A program made the position numbers and the translations under genes. DNA of 64,000 bases, taken from a virus. The notes beneath the pieces were generated by a model that was not told the origin of the DNA, did no database searches, and saw only the letters and a program-made list of their open reading frames with translations. Location of the stretch: positions 1 through 64,000 of the IMG/VR virus record IMGVR_UViG_3300025195_000023. One strand, given 5' to 3'. Shown here one piece after another: positions 18,044 through 28,300 of this stretch (position 1 is its first letter; each line of letters starts with the position of its first letter).

Positions 18044-19045
18044 ATGCGTAAGTACCTCAACGTACATAACGTACCGTTGTCTATGGCCGTGTTTCTGGCG
18101 ACAGACAACTACGACTACGAAGAAAACACCATCTCGGTCACCAAGTTGATCAAACCTGTACGTCAGCTGGTTCTGGCCAGTCGTGTCCCGGAGAGCCAGG
18201 CACTGGAAGATATCAGTGGCCTGGTGAAATCCAGGATGGGCTCCGCCATCCACGATGCGATTGAACGATCCTGGGTGCATAACAAGGACGCCGCCATGAA
18301 GGCACTGGGGTATCCCCAGCGCCTGATTGATAAGGTGCTGATCAACCCGGACCCAGACGCGGTCACCGAAGATCACATTCCGGTGTACCTGGAGCAACGC
18401 TCCTACAGAGAGGTCATGGGTTATACCGTATCCGGTAAGTTCGACTTTGTGGCAGAGGGCCGTGTCGAGGACTTCAAGTCCACGTCAACCATGGCCTGGA
18501 ACAGTGCCGACAAGGCCGAGGACTATGCCCTACAGGGCTCCATGTACCGCTGGCTCAATCCCAAGATCGTGACCGACGATCACATGGCCATTAACTTCCT
18601 GTTCACCGACTTCCAACCGTTCCGGGCCAAGGCAGATCCCAACTATCCGCCCCATGCCACCCCACAGAAGCTCATTCCCCTGAAGTCTATCGAAGAGACC
18701 GATCAGTTCGTCCGCAACAAGCTGACCCTGCTTGAGCGCTTCAAGGACGCTCCAGAAGAAGAGCTACCCCTGTGTACCGATAAGGAGCTGTGGCGTAAGG
18801 CACCGGAGTGGAAGTACTACAAAAACCCCGAAAAGCGAACCAGATCCACCAAGAACTTCAAGGTGGACGAGTTTGGTTCTGAGAACGCTGCCCGATCCGC
18901 AGCCTACACCCGACTCGCCAAGGACAAGAACGTTGGCGTGGTGGTGGAGGTGCCCGGTGAAGTGGTGGCCTGCAAGTACTGCGCTGCCTTCCCGATCTGC
19001 TCCCAGAAGGATGCACTGATTGCGGATGGCTCACTCAAACTGTAA
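18044..19045 (+). CDS. PD-(D/E)XK Cas4-like nuclease (N4 gp42-like)
   Basis: GSAIHDAIE, SGKFDFV..VEDFKST and C-terminal CKYC..C; syntenic upstream of the primase. Confidence 0.85.
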   Translation: MRKYLNVHNVPLSMAVFLATDNYDYEENTISVTKLIKPVRQLVLASRVPESQALEDISGLVKSRMGSAIHDAIERSWVHNKDAAMKALGYPQRLIDKVLINPDPDAVTEDHIPVYLEQRSYREVMGYTVSGKFDFVAEGRVEDFKSTSTMAWNSADKAEDYALQGSMYRWLNPKIVTDDHMAINFLFTDFQPFRAKADPNYPPHATPQKLIPLKSIEETDQFVRNKLTLLERFKDAPEEELPLCTDKELWRKAPEWKYYKNPEKRTRSTKNFKVDEFGSENAARSAAYTRLAKDKNVGVVVEVPGEVVACKYCAAFPICSQKDALIADGSLKL

Positions 19046-19055
19046 GGAGCCTTCA

Positions 19056-21242
19056 ATGTCTGAAGACCTGCGTATCCGTCCGGTATCCGAGATGGATCAC
19101 CACCCTGTGGCCGACCGACTGGCCCAGATCCTGTGTACCAAAACCCAAAACACCAACCCACTGTTCTTCCGGGTATTGGTGGCATACTACTTCTCCGTAG
19201 TCTCCACCATGATGCGATGCCAGGTTCAGACCCATGAGGGCAATCGCAAGATCCCTGTGAACTGTTACGCCATTAACCTGGCCACCTCTGGCGCCGGTAA
19301 AGGCAAGTCCACCTCCATTATGGAAGGACAAGTCATTAACCAGTTCCGGGAGCGGTTCACCGAGGAAACCTTGCCTATCCTGGCAGAACGTAACCTGCCC
19401 AACCTGGCCATGCGTCGGGCCGCCCGTAACCAGACCGATCCAGATGAAGAACTGGAGAAGGCCACCAACGAGTTCCACGCCATTGGTCCGCTGTACTTCA
19501 GCTTCGACAAGGGTTCACCGGAAGCCATCAAGGCCATGCGTCACAAGCTGCTGATGGCCAATGCCGGATCCATGAACCTGCAGATCGACGAGATCGGGTA
19601 CAACCTGACCGGTTCCATGGAAGCGTTGATCACGTACCTGGAACTGTACGACATTGGTCACATCAACCCGAAGCTCACCAAGAACACCAAGGACAATCCA
19701 CTGCGTGAACAGCTCAAGGGACTGACTCCGGCCAACGCCATGCTGTTTGGGACACCGTCCAAGCTGCTCAACGGCAGCAAGGTAGAGGAGGAGTTCTACG
19801 ACCTGCTGGACTCCGGTTACGCACGTCGCTGCCTGTTCGGCTACGTCAAAGGCCATGACCGCAACAAAGACCTGTCCGTAGACGACCTCTACGACCTGTT
19901 GACCGATGCGGACACCAATGACTTCCTGGATCAGATATCTGATCACCTGGGGAACCTGGCCGACATTATCAACGCCAACAAAACCATCGTGATGAGCAAG
20001 CGTGTCGCCAAGCTGTTTCTGAAGTACAAACTTCAGTGCGAAGCCGGTGCCGACGAACTACCCGAACACGATGAGATGAAGAAGGCCGAACTGTCCCACC
20101 GCTACTTCAAAGCCATGAAACTGGCCGGTGCCTACGCCTTTGTGGATGACTCCGCAGAGATTACCGAAGCTCACTTTGAGCATGCGGTGAAACTGGTGGA
20201 AGAGTCCGGACAGGCATTTGAGGGCCTACTGACCCGGGATCGTAACTACGCCAAGCTGGCCAAGTACATTGCCGGTGTTGGCCGTGAAGTGACCCAGGCC
20301 GACCTGGTGGAGGATCTCCCGTTCTACCCGAAAGCCGGGAACCAGCAACGGGATCTGATGAACCTGGCCGTAGCCTACGGATACCAGAACAACATCATCA
20401 TCAAGCGAGCCTTCAATGACGGGATTGAGTTCCTACGTGGGGAGACCTTGAAGAAGACTGATCTGGATAACATCCGGGTGTCCTATAGTACGGACATTGC
20501 CGTGGGGTACACCAACGAAACGGCACCGTTCGATCAGCTCCACAAGATGACCCAGGCACCTGGTATTCACTGGGTAAACCACCACCTCAAGGCCGGGGAA
20601 TACGGTGAGGGGCACCGTCAGGAAGACAACTGCCTGCCTGGATTCAACATTGTGGTCATCGACGTCGATGGTGGCGTCAATCTGGAAACAGCGAAGATGC
20701 TACTGAAGGATTACAAGTACTTGATGTACACCACCAAGCGCCACGATCCAAACGGTGAGAACCGGTTCCGTATCCTGTTGCCGACCAACTACGAACTGAA
20801 ACTGGATGCCAAGGACTACAAAGAGTTCATGGGTAACATCTTCCAGTGGCTCCCGTTTGAAGTTGACGATGGCACCAGTCAGCGTGCCCGCAAGTGGCTG
20901 TCCCACAACGGTCACTACGAGTACAACGACGGCCTGGTACTGGACGTACTGCCATTCATCCCCAAGACCGCCAAGAACGAGGAGCGCAAACGAGTCATCG
21001 ACTCTCAGCAATCCCTCGACAACCTGGAGCGGTGGGTGATCAACAACACCGGAGACGGTAACCGCAACAACCAGTTGCTCAAGTACGCCTATATCCTGGT
21101 GGATGCAGGCTTTGACTTCGAGGGTGTACGGGTTCGTCTACTGGAACTCAACGACAAGCTGCCGGACAAGCTGGAAGAGGCTGAGATCATGGGCACCATC
21201 ATGGTGACCGTGTCCAAGGCCCTGGCTAAGCGAGCAGCGTAA
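19056..21242 (+). CDS. Helicase-primase (N4 gp43-like)
   Basis: Walker A SGAGKGKS and Walker B QIDEIG; C-terminal VVIDVDGG and YTTKRH primase motifs, GNRNNQLLKYA PriCT-like region; AAGGAG RBS. Confidence 0.88.
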   Translation: MSEDLRIRPVSEMDHHPVADRLAQILCTKTQNTNPLFFRVLVAYYFSVVSTMMRCQVQTHEGNRKIPVNCYAINLATSGAGKGKSTSIMEGQVINQFRERFTEETLPILAERNLPNLAMRRAARNQTDPDEELEKATNEFHAIGPLYFSFDKGSPEAIKAMRHKLLMANAGSMNLQIDEIGYNLTGSMEALITYLELYDIGHINPKLTKNTKDNPLREQLKGLTPANAMLFGTPSKLLNGSKVEEEFYDLLDSGYARRCLFGYVKGHDRNKDLSVDDLYDLLTDADTNDFLDQISDHLGNLADIINANKTIVMSKRVAKLFLKYKLQCEAGADELPEHDEMKKAELSHRYFKAMKLAGAYAFVDDSAEITEAHFEHAVKLVEESGQAFEGLLTRDRNYAKLAKYIAGVGREVTQADLVEDLPFYPKAGNQQRDLMNLAVAYGYQNNIIIKRAFNDGIEFLRGETLKKTDLDNIRVSYSTDIAVGYTNETAPFDQLHKMTQAPGIHWVNHHLKAGEYGEGHRQEDNCLPGFNIVVIDVDGGVNLETAKMLLKDYKYLMYTTKRHDPNGENRFRILLPTNYELKLDAKDYKEFMGNIFQWLPFEVDDGTSQRARKWLSHNGHYEYNDGLVLDVLPFIPKTAKNEERKRVIDSQQSLDNLERWVINNTGDGNRNNQLLKYAYILVDAGFDFEGVRVRLLELNDKLPDKLEEAEIMGTIMVTVSKALAKRAA

Positions 21243-21290
21243 CAGGGGGCCTCCGGCCCCTTCTACGAAACAACCAAGAAGGTCTGTGTC

Positions 21291-22022
21291 ATGCAACAAG
21301 AGCAAGTCAACGACAACCTGGTATTGCTGTGCGGTAAATCAGCAGCCGGTAAGTCAGCGTCCCTGATGGGACTGGAAAACCCAGAAGGTGTGATGTACCT
21401 GAACTGTGAAGCCGGTAAGAAATTGCCGTTCCGCAGCAAATTCAAAGAGTACGTCATTACCGACCCCATGCAGGTAGAGGAGGCCTTTGAGGTCGCAGAG
21501 ACACTGCCGGACATTCACACCATCGTGATTGACTCCCTCACCTACCTGATGGACATGTACGAGAGCCTGTACGTCATCAATGCCTCCAACACCATGAAAG
21601 CCTGGGGCGAGTTTGCCCAGTACTTCAAGCGTGTGATGCAGCAGCACGTTGCTGGATCGTCCAAGAATGTGGTCTTCATTGCCCACACCAAAGACACCCT
21701 CAACGAGGGTGAAATGGTGATGGAGACCGCAGTACCCATCAAGGGTAGTGTGAAGAACAACGGCGTAGAGTCGTACTTCTCCTGCATCATCGCTGCCAAA
21801 AAGGTGAAGCTCAAGGACCTGGAAGCCTACGGCTCCGACCTGCTGACCGTCACCCCAGAAGAAGAAGCCCTGGGCTTCAAGTACGTGTTCCAGACCAAGC
21901 TCACCAAAGAGACCGTGAACGAGCGGCTGCGTGGGCCACTGGGCCTGTGGGACACCAAAGAAACCTTCATCGACAACAACATGCAGCTGGTCTTTAACCG
22001 TCTGCACGAATACTACGCCTGA
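21291..22022 (+). CDS. Sak4-like AAA ssDNA-annealing protein (N4 gp44-like)
   Basis: GKSAAGKS, IVIDSLT and VVFIAH motifs; lies between primase and SSB. Confidence 0.85.
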   Translation: MQQEQVNDNLVLLCGKSAAGKSASLMGLENPEGVMYLNCEAGKKLPFRSKFKEYVITDPMQVEEAFEVAETLPDIHTIVIDSLTYLMDMYESLYVINASNTMKAWGEFAQYFKRVMQQHVAGSSKNVVFIAHTKDTLNEGEMVMETAVPIKGSVKNNGVESYFSCIIAAKKVKLKDLEAYGSDLLTVTPEEEALGFKYVFQTKLTKETVNERLRGPLGLWDTKETFIDNNMQLVFNRLHEYYA

Positions 22023-22073
22023 TCCGCTCCCGGGCAGTCGTACATCTAACCTGAACCAGAAAGGAATAACATT

Positions 22074-22826
22074 ATGTCACTTCTCAACGTAGCAAAAACC
22101 GACAACAGCATTGAAGACGAAAAGGATTCCGTAGGCGGTGGCTTTGGCCCCTGGGAATCTGGTCTGTACGCCGCCGAAGTTACCATGGCCTACCTGATGC
22201 AATCCGCAGGCGGTGCCGTAGGTGTGAACCTGGCCATCAAGAACGATGACGGCCAGGAACACAAAGAGATCCTCTGGATCGCGTCCGGCAACGCCAAGGG
22301 CAACAAGAACTACTACGAAACCCAGACCGGTGAGCGTAAGTACCTGCCGGGCTTCAACACCATGAACAGCCTGGCCCTGCTGACCGTAGGCAAAGAACTG
22401 GGCGAACTGGCCACCGACATGAAGATGGTCAACGTCTACAACCCGGCGTCCCAGAAAGAAGAACCGACCCAGGTCGAGGTCATCATGGATCTGCTGGGCC
22501 AACGTGCCATCTTCGGTATCCAGAAGCAGATCGTGGATAAGCAGGTGAAGAACCAGGCAACTGGCAAGTACGAGAGCAACGGCGAGACTCGTGAAACCAA
22601 CGAGATCGACAAAGTGTTCCGTGAGCGTGACCGTCTGACCACGGCAGAAATCCGTGCCCAGGCCACCGAAGCTGCGTTCTACAACACTTGGGATGCCAAG
22701 TGGACCGGTAAGACCCGCAACAAGGCCACGGCCGCTAACGATGCCAACGGTGGTTCTGCAGGTGCTCCGCGTGCCGCAGCAGCATCTGGCGGTACTGCCA
22801 AGCCGACCAAGTCTCTGTTTGGTTGA
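22074..22826 (+). CDS. N4-type single-stranded DNA-binding protein (gp45-like)
   Basis: KYLPGFN and RETNEIDKVF motifs; C-terminal KPTKSLFG tail typical of N4SSB. Confidence 0.88.
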   Translation: MSLLNVAKTDNSIEDEKDSVGGGFGPWESGLYAAEVTMAYLMQSAGGAVGVNLAIKNDDGQEHKEILWIASGNAKGNKNYYETQTGERKYLPGFNTMNSLALLTVGKELGELATDMKMVNVYNPASQKEEPTQVEVIMDLLGQRAIFGIQKQIVDKQVKNQATGKYESNGETRETNEIDKVFRERDRLTTAEIRAQATEAAFYNTWDAKWTGKTRNKATAANDANGGSAGAPRAAAASGGTAKPTKSLFG

Positions 22827-22882
22827 TCCGTCTCGCAGGGGCCGCATGCGGCCCCTGACATTCACTGAACCAAGGACTCCCA

Positions 22883-23200
22883 ATGTCTGACCAAACCATT
22901 GAAGATCAGATTGTCGCAAAAGGCCTTACTGCCCCGCGAATCAGCCTGGCCCACGTCCAGAAAATGAAGGAACGGCTGGAGTACCTCTTTGAGCGGTGTC
23001 CAGGAAAAACAACCACCTTCTGTCATGTGTACCTGGACGGTACGTTCTATCTGGCAACGGGCGTGTCTGCCTGTGTGTCACCGGAAAACTTCGACAGTCA
23101 GGTAGGTATCGACGTTGCACGAACCAAGGCAGAAGCCCTGGCGACGGACAAGCTCTATGAGCTTGAAGGATATCGCCTCTGGTCGGAGCTGAACCAATGA
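22883..23200 (+). CDS. Phage gp49/gp66 family protein
   Basis: IVAKGLTAPRIS..GVSACVSPENFD..LYELEGY pattern. Confidence 0.8.
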   Translation: MSDQTIEDQIVAKGLTAPRISLAHVQKMKERLEYLFERCPGKTTTFCHVYLDGTFYLATGVSACVSPENFDSQVGIDVARTKAEALATDKLYELEGYRLWSELNQ

Positions 23201-23457
23201 GTGATCGCATCAAGAAATACCAGTGCATCAAACAGGTCCATGCTGAGCCCATGACCTTCGGAGCCTTCAAGACCTCGATCCGGCGTGTCCGGGACATGGG
23301 CCAAGTAGATCCACTGGAACCCGGATACCATGTGATCTACAGCAAGGGTACCGCTGAGGAGTATCACTCCTGGTCGCCCAAGGCCGCGTTTGAAGAGGGT
23401 TACCTCGAAATCCCTGAGAACGCTCAACCCGTATCACAAGGTCGTAAAGTGTCATGA
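23197..23457 (+). CDS. Conserved phage hypothetical protein
   Basis: KYQCIKQVHAEPMT..GYHVIY..SWSPKAAFEEGY; ATGA overlap with the upstream gene. Confidence 0.75.
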   Translation: MSDRIKKYQCIKQVHAEPMTFGAFKTSIRRVRDMGQVDPLEPGYHVIYSKGTAEEYHSWSPKAAFEEGYLEIPENAQPVSQGRKVS

Positions 23458-23762
23458 GCTGCTTACCAATTGGAACCAGAGTCCGATGGTCTAGTCAGGC
23501 TGGTGGCAGCACAACCACCAAAGAGGGTGTGGTGGTGTACAGTCGGGACAAAGCACACGAAACCTACCCCAGCGCCTTGCACACGGCCGACTATCCGTTA
23601 GGTCTTGCTATCAAGCACTTTCCCGAACATCGGTACATGTTTGACGGGCACACCTGGCTCAACCGCAAAGGCGTGTTGGTAGAGGTTCGTGATGGTAAAA
23701 CGTCCCGAGCCAAACCTAAGTTGTATATGCCAAACCCCGGGAGCCTGGAGGTCATCGAATGA
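23454..23762 (+). CDS. Hypothetical protein
   Basis: ATGA overlaps on both sides. Confidence 0.7.
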   Translation: MSCLPIGTRVRWSSQAGGSTTTKEGVVVYSRDKAHETYPSALHTADYPLGLAIKHFPEHRYMFDGHTWLNRKGVLVEVRDGKTSRAKPKLYMPNPGSLEVIE

Positions 23763-24331
23763 ATCCTATCCCTGTCCTTGGGATGGATCCCTCACTCAAC
23801 AACTGGGGGCTGGCCTATGGCCTCTACTACCCGCAGACAGGTGAGATCCAGGTCAAAACGGTCGACGTCCTTCAGCCGGTCTATTCGACTGGCAAGCAGG
23901 TTCGTCAAAACTCCAAAGACCTTGAGCGTGCTGAGCAGCTGTTTAACGGTGCTCTTAAAGCCTCTACCGGAGCCGCAGCCGTTTTCGTGGAAGTCCCTGT
24001 TGGTAGCCAGTCTGCCCGTGCCATGGCTTCCTATGGTGTGTGTGCGGGTGTCCTGGGCGCTCTACGTGCTGCAGGTATCCCGTTCTACGAAGTCACGCCC
24101 ACCGAAGTCAAGCTCGCCACGATTGGCAAGAAAACTGCCAGTAAGGCCGAGATCATCGAACGTGCCGTAAAGCAGCACCCGAAGGCCAACTGGCCCATGC
24201 AAACCAAGAACGGTAAGACCACACCGATTGCCTCCAAAGCTGAACACATGGCCGACGCCATTGGTGCCATCGAGGCCGGTGTGACTCTCCCACTTTTCAA
24301 GCAAACCCTTCACCTACTTTCGGTCGCCTAG
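23759..24331 (+). CDS. RuvC-like Holliday junction resolvase
   Basis: VLGMDPSLNNWG, VFVEVP, PTEVK and EHMADAIG motifs. Confidence 0.85.
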   Translation: MNPIPVLGMDPSLNNWGLAYGLYYPQTGEIQVKTVDVLQPVYSTGKQVRQNSKDLERAEQLFNGALKASTGAAAVFVEVPVGSQSARAMASYGVCAGVLGALRAAGIPFYEVTPTEVKLATIGKKTASKAEIIERAVKQHPKANWPMQTKNGKTTPIASKAEHMADAIGAIEAGVTLPLFKQTLHLLSVA

Positions 24332-24352
24332 ACCCAATCAAAAGGAAACCTC

Positions 24353-24730
24353 ATGCAAATTCAAATTCAACTGAGCCAAGCCGATATCGAAGCCGCTATC
24401 CGCGACTACCTGGTGAAAGTCGGTATGACCAGTCCGGTCGATACCATCAACTTCACCGTCTCCCGTAAAGGTGGCCAGACCATCGAAGCGGGTATTGACC
24501 TGTCACCTGAAGAAGCATCTACCGCCCCGGTGACTGAAGCTCCCAAAGAGCCAGTGAAACGTGCCCCCAAGGCAAAGGCTGAACCTATCCAAGCGCCGGA
24601 TCCTGCAGAAGCGGAACCTGAGCCAGCTGTGACTGAGCCTCCCTTCGATCCGGATACGCCAGATACGGAGAAAGCCGCTGCCAACGAAGAGACAGACGAA
24701 GCACCACGCGGGAAGTCACTCTTCGGCTAA
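24353..24730 (+). CDS. Hypothetical protein (N4 gp47-like position) with Pro/Glu-rich tail ending KSLFG
   Basis: IQLSQADIEAAIRDY N-terminus; AAGGA RBS. Confidence 0.75.
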   Translation: MQIQIQLSQADIEAAIRDYLVKVGMTSPVDTINFTVSRKGGQTIEAGIDLSPEEASTAPVTEAPKEPVKRAPKAKAEPIQAPDPAEAEPEPAVTEPPFDPDTPDTEKAAANEETDEAPRGKSLFG

Positions 24731-24742
24731 TAGGAGTTTCCT

Positions 24743-24931
24743 ATGAGATTCCTCAAAGCGATAGGGGCAGCATTGATTGCTGCCCTTGTTACCGCATTGG
24801 CCCTCTTCGGAGGGTTCATCTTTACCGTCGTTTCCACTATAGTTTCTGTCGTCCTCGGGCTCTGCATGCTTCTCGGTACCGTGTATTACGTGATCTGGGA
24901 GTCATTGCAGAACAGGAACAAAACCAAGTAG
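24743..24931 (+). CDS. Small membrane protein
   Basis: AGGAG RBS; two hydrophobic helices. Confidence 0.7.
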   Translation: MRFLKAIGAALIAALVTALALFGGFIFTVVSTIVSVVLGLCMLLGTVYYVIWESLQNRNKTK

Positions 24932-24987
24932 TGACCGTAAAGATACGGGCCCTGGTACTTCCGGGGCCCGCTTCTATAAGGATCCCC

Positions 24988-25335
24988 ATGCGTAACCTCA
25001 TTCTTCTTCTTGCTCTGGTTGTAACGGGCTGTGCCTCCTCGTCAGGCATTGGAAACAAACTGGATGCCCTGGTGGGCGAGCAGAAACAAGTCGTCATCAA
25101 TACCCTTGGCTATCCCACTCGCACCTTCAAGGCTCCCAACGGCCGTGATGTGTTCCAGTACACGCAGACCCGTCAGTATGAGCGGGCATCCACGACAATT
25201 TACCAGCAGAACCTTGGCACCTCATCTACCTACGGCGGGGGCACCGCTACATCAACGTGTAGCGTATTTTTTGAGTTCTGGCCAAGCGGCCGTGTTTTCA
25301 AGTGGACCAGTCAGGGTAACGGTTGCAACCTGTGA
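24988..25335 (+). CDS. Putative lipoprotein
   Basis: MRNLILLLALVVTG-C lipobox; AAGGA RBS. Confidence 0.75.
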   Translation: MRNLILLLALVVTGCASSSGIGNKLDALVGEQKQVVINTLGYPTRTFKAPNGRDVFQYTQTRQYERASTTIYQQNLGTSSTYGGGTATSTCSVFFEFWPSGRVFKWTSQGNGCNL

Positions 25336-25341
25336 ATAGAC

Positions 25342-25370
25342 AAAAGCCCCTCTCTCGGAGGGGCTTTTTT
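25342..25370. terminator. Bidirectional terminator between converging middle and late genes
   Basis: AAAAGCCCCTC-tctcg-GAGGGGCTTTTTT. Confidence 0.9.
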
Positions 25371-25374
25371 GTGT

Positions 25375-28300
25375 TTACCGGAAGGGGCTGGTGGCCATTT
25401 GCATGGTCAACAGTTCATCCAATACCCCGGGGTAGCCAAAGGCACCCACGTCCAATGGATTGTTCCCGATCCGACCCAGGGCACTGGACTCCATTACCGT
25501 TGGTGCATCCAACAGGTAGGAGAAACCAAAGGCCGTCATCAGACCCCGTACCGGATGGTCACGCATCAGACGCCACAGAACACGTTGAATCCGCAGGTAG
25601 TACTTGGTGAAGAACACCAGACCCTTACGGTTCATATAGTCCAGGGCCCGATGTGAGGGCACGTCGTATACCACAAAGGCATCCCGAATTTCCCGCAGAG
25701 CGTCTTCTTTACTCATGGGGTTATTCTTCCGGGTAAGCAGATGCTGGTACAAAGTGTACCGAGCCACAAAGTCACTCATCTGGGTGGACTTGAACAAGGC
25801 CTTGTACAGCAGGGTGTCCTGGCTCATGTACATATACTTCCCGGCCGTCACCAAACCGCTGGGCAGGTTCTGGGCTTTCCCGTCTACCCACTCAGCAATC
25901 CGGGACTTGTAGGAGAAGCCGTCATCCTCGGTATCAATATCCTCCATGATGGTCTGGAATTGTCCGGCATCCACCAGTTCAGTTACCGGGTTGGTCGCCA
26001 AGGCATGCTGCAGTTCCAGGATATCCTGGTTCAGCTGATCCAGTGTCCCACTGTAAGTCTGAGAGTCCCTCAGGTTTTCCAGGCGAAGCAGTTCACGACG
26101 ATCTCGCTGGTACCTCAGCAGACCATCAATTGCTACTGCATGATCCCGGGCACCTTTGATAGGGTTGACCCCATACCACAGCAAGATGGACAGGTTACTC
26201 CGCACGTTACCCAGGAAGGTGAACAGGTTCTTGATCACAACAATATCCTTGATCTCGTTCACCAGCATGTCCCATACCCTACCAATCTGCATACCCCGCA
26301 ACGCAGTCTTATCCTTGAAGAAGAATTCCAGTACGCCGAAGGTCAGCTCTTCCATGAATCCCTGTTCTGCAGACTGCCAGGCTTCCGACAAGGAGTACTG
26401 ACGGTACCCAAATACCAGATCCAGTACGTCGTTTCGGACCTTCAGACCGTTACGCCCCCATACATCGCGGATTGCCTGCTTGGTGGCTTCCGGCAGCATC
26501 TGATATGTCTCCCGGATACGCTTGTCTGGACTGTCCGGACCGAACTCCAGGTAACGGGAAGGGTTGTCCCGGTAATCCATGTCGTAGGTCTCTTTCAGGG
26601 CCTCAATCACATTACGGTTGTGTTCCGCTGAGGCAGGCTTGTCATAAATGGCAGACCCCATGGCACCGAGAACCGAATCAACCCGAGTGTCCCGTTCCAG
26701 GAACGCATCCTTATTGGCTTCGGTCATCAGATACCGGTAGTTCACAATCTCACCTTTACGGTTCACCACCGGAGCCAGTGCCACGTCTTCCCGGTTTGCC
26801 AGGTTACGGTTGAAGCCTGGCTTCTCCAGATCCAGTAGGCTCTTGGCCATACGGTTCGTGGTGTTTTGCGTCTTGATTGCCAGGGACTGATTCACTTCCT
26901 CCGGCAACAGATCGGACATACCACCGTGAATTGCAGACCCTTTCCGACGCATCCCACTCATGGACAGGGCACCGGAGATCCACGGAGGCAGGCCACCATC
27001 CTTACGCACATAGATATGGCGTGTGGTCTGGTCAGGGGCTGCTGGATCTGCCGGTACCATCTCACCCCGAGCGTAGCCTGCTTTCTCAAGGGCAATCCCT
27101 TCGGCCCGTGTGGCTGCTTTCACATCTACATACGGACTGTAAATCTCCTTGATGTATCCCTTGGCAAACAGGTGCGGATCGTTATCAAACAATTCCACCA
27201 TGGACTGGTCTTTGTATTTCTGGGCCATGCCCATTACAAACTTCACCCCTTCCGGCATCTCAGTCATCACCCTTGCCGTGATCCGACGGGTATCCCCATC
27301 AGTGTCCTTCAGGGCATACAGGGTAACCAGTCGATCCAGAATAGCCTTGGACGGTTCCACGATGTTGTCCGGCACCTGGTGAGCATCCGGCATCCCCACT
27401 TTATGGGCGATGTTGTGGACGTTCATCATCAGGTTACGTGAAGTACGTCCGGTGGCCATGAAGTGCCCTGTTGCCATGGCCTGGTTCACGTAGTACGCCT
27501 GGTGCTTGCCACTGACCTGAGCCAAGGAGGCCTCGGTTTCTTCAATGGCTCGCTGAAGGGCTGCATTATCACGAACCATGTCCGTGATCTGCTCCTGGGT
27601 ATACGTCTCAGCCAGGGCAACCAGGTCGGTCTTCAGTATGCCCTTGGTCAGTGCCTCACGTTCCGCCTCCGTGGCGTCAGGCAGCATATCCCGTACCTGC
27701 TTGGCGGTGGTGTCCTTTCGGGTTTTCCGCTCGTTCTGGATCACACTGAAGTGATCCATCAGATCAAACAGTTTCTGGGTGGCCGGAATAGCTCCTCGGA
27801 CTTCTGAGGCGATACCCAACATCAGATTCTGTCGCTTGGCACCATGACGGTTACGGAAGTTCTCCATATTGTCGAACAACGTATCCAGCTTATCCTGGGC
27901 CGCCATTGAGGTCACTTTGCCCGCAGCACGAATTGTCGCCACAGAGCTGTTCTGAACCATGGAACTCTCAGCCACCTTGGCCACTGTCTCACGGACAGTA
28001 CCCCCGGCTTCACGCTGGGCGTTCTCAATCTGGTCGATCACCCCAATTCGTTCATTGGCCAGGCGCCCTTTCCGGGCACTCTCAATGTCCACCAACTTGG
28101 TCACCAGACGTTCCAGCCTCTCTTGGGCATCCTGGTTACTGACCGTGCCGGAAAAGACATTGGTCAAGGCCTGGGTACCCGCGGTGAACCAGGACTGAAT
28201 CTGGTCACCGAGCTTGTCAGTGGCCGCCGTGGTGTCGGCGTTGCCGTTATAGTTCAATGCCTTCTGTAGTGGCGGGTACACCAGAGCCATGGCAGCAAAT

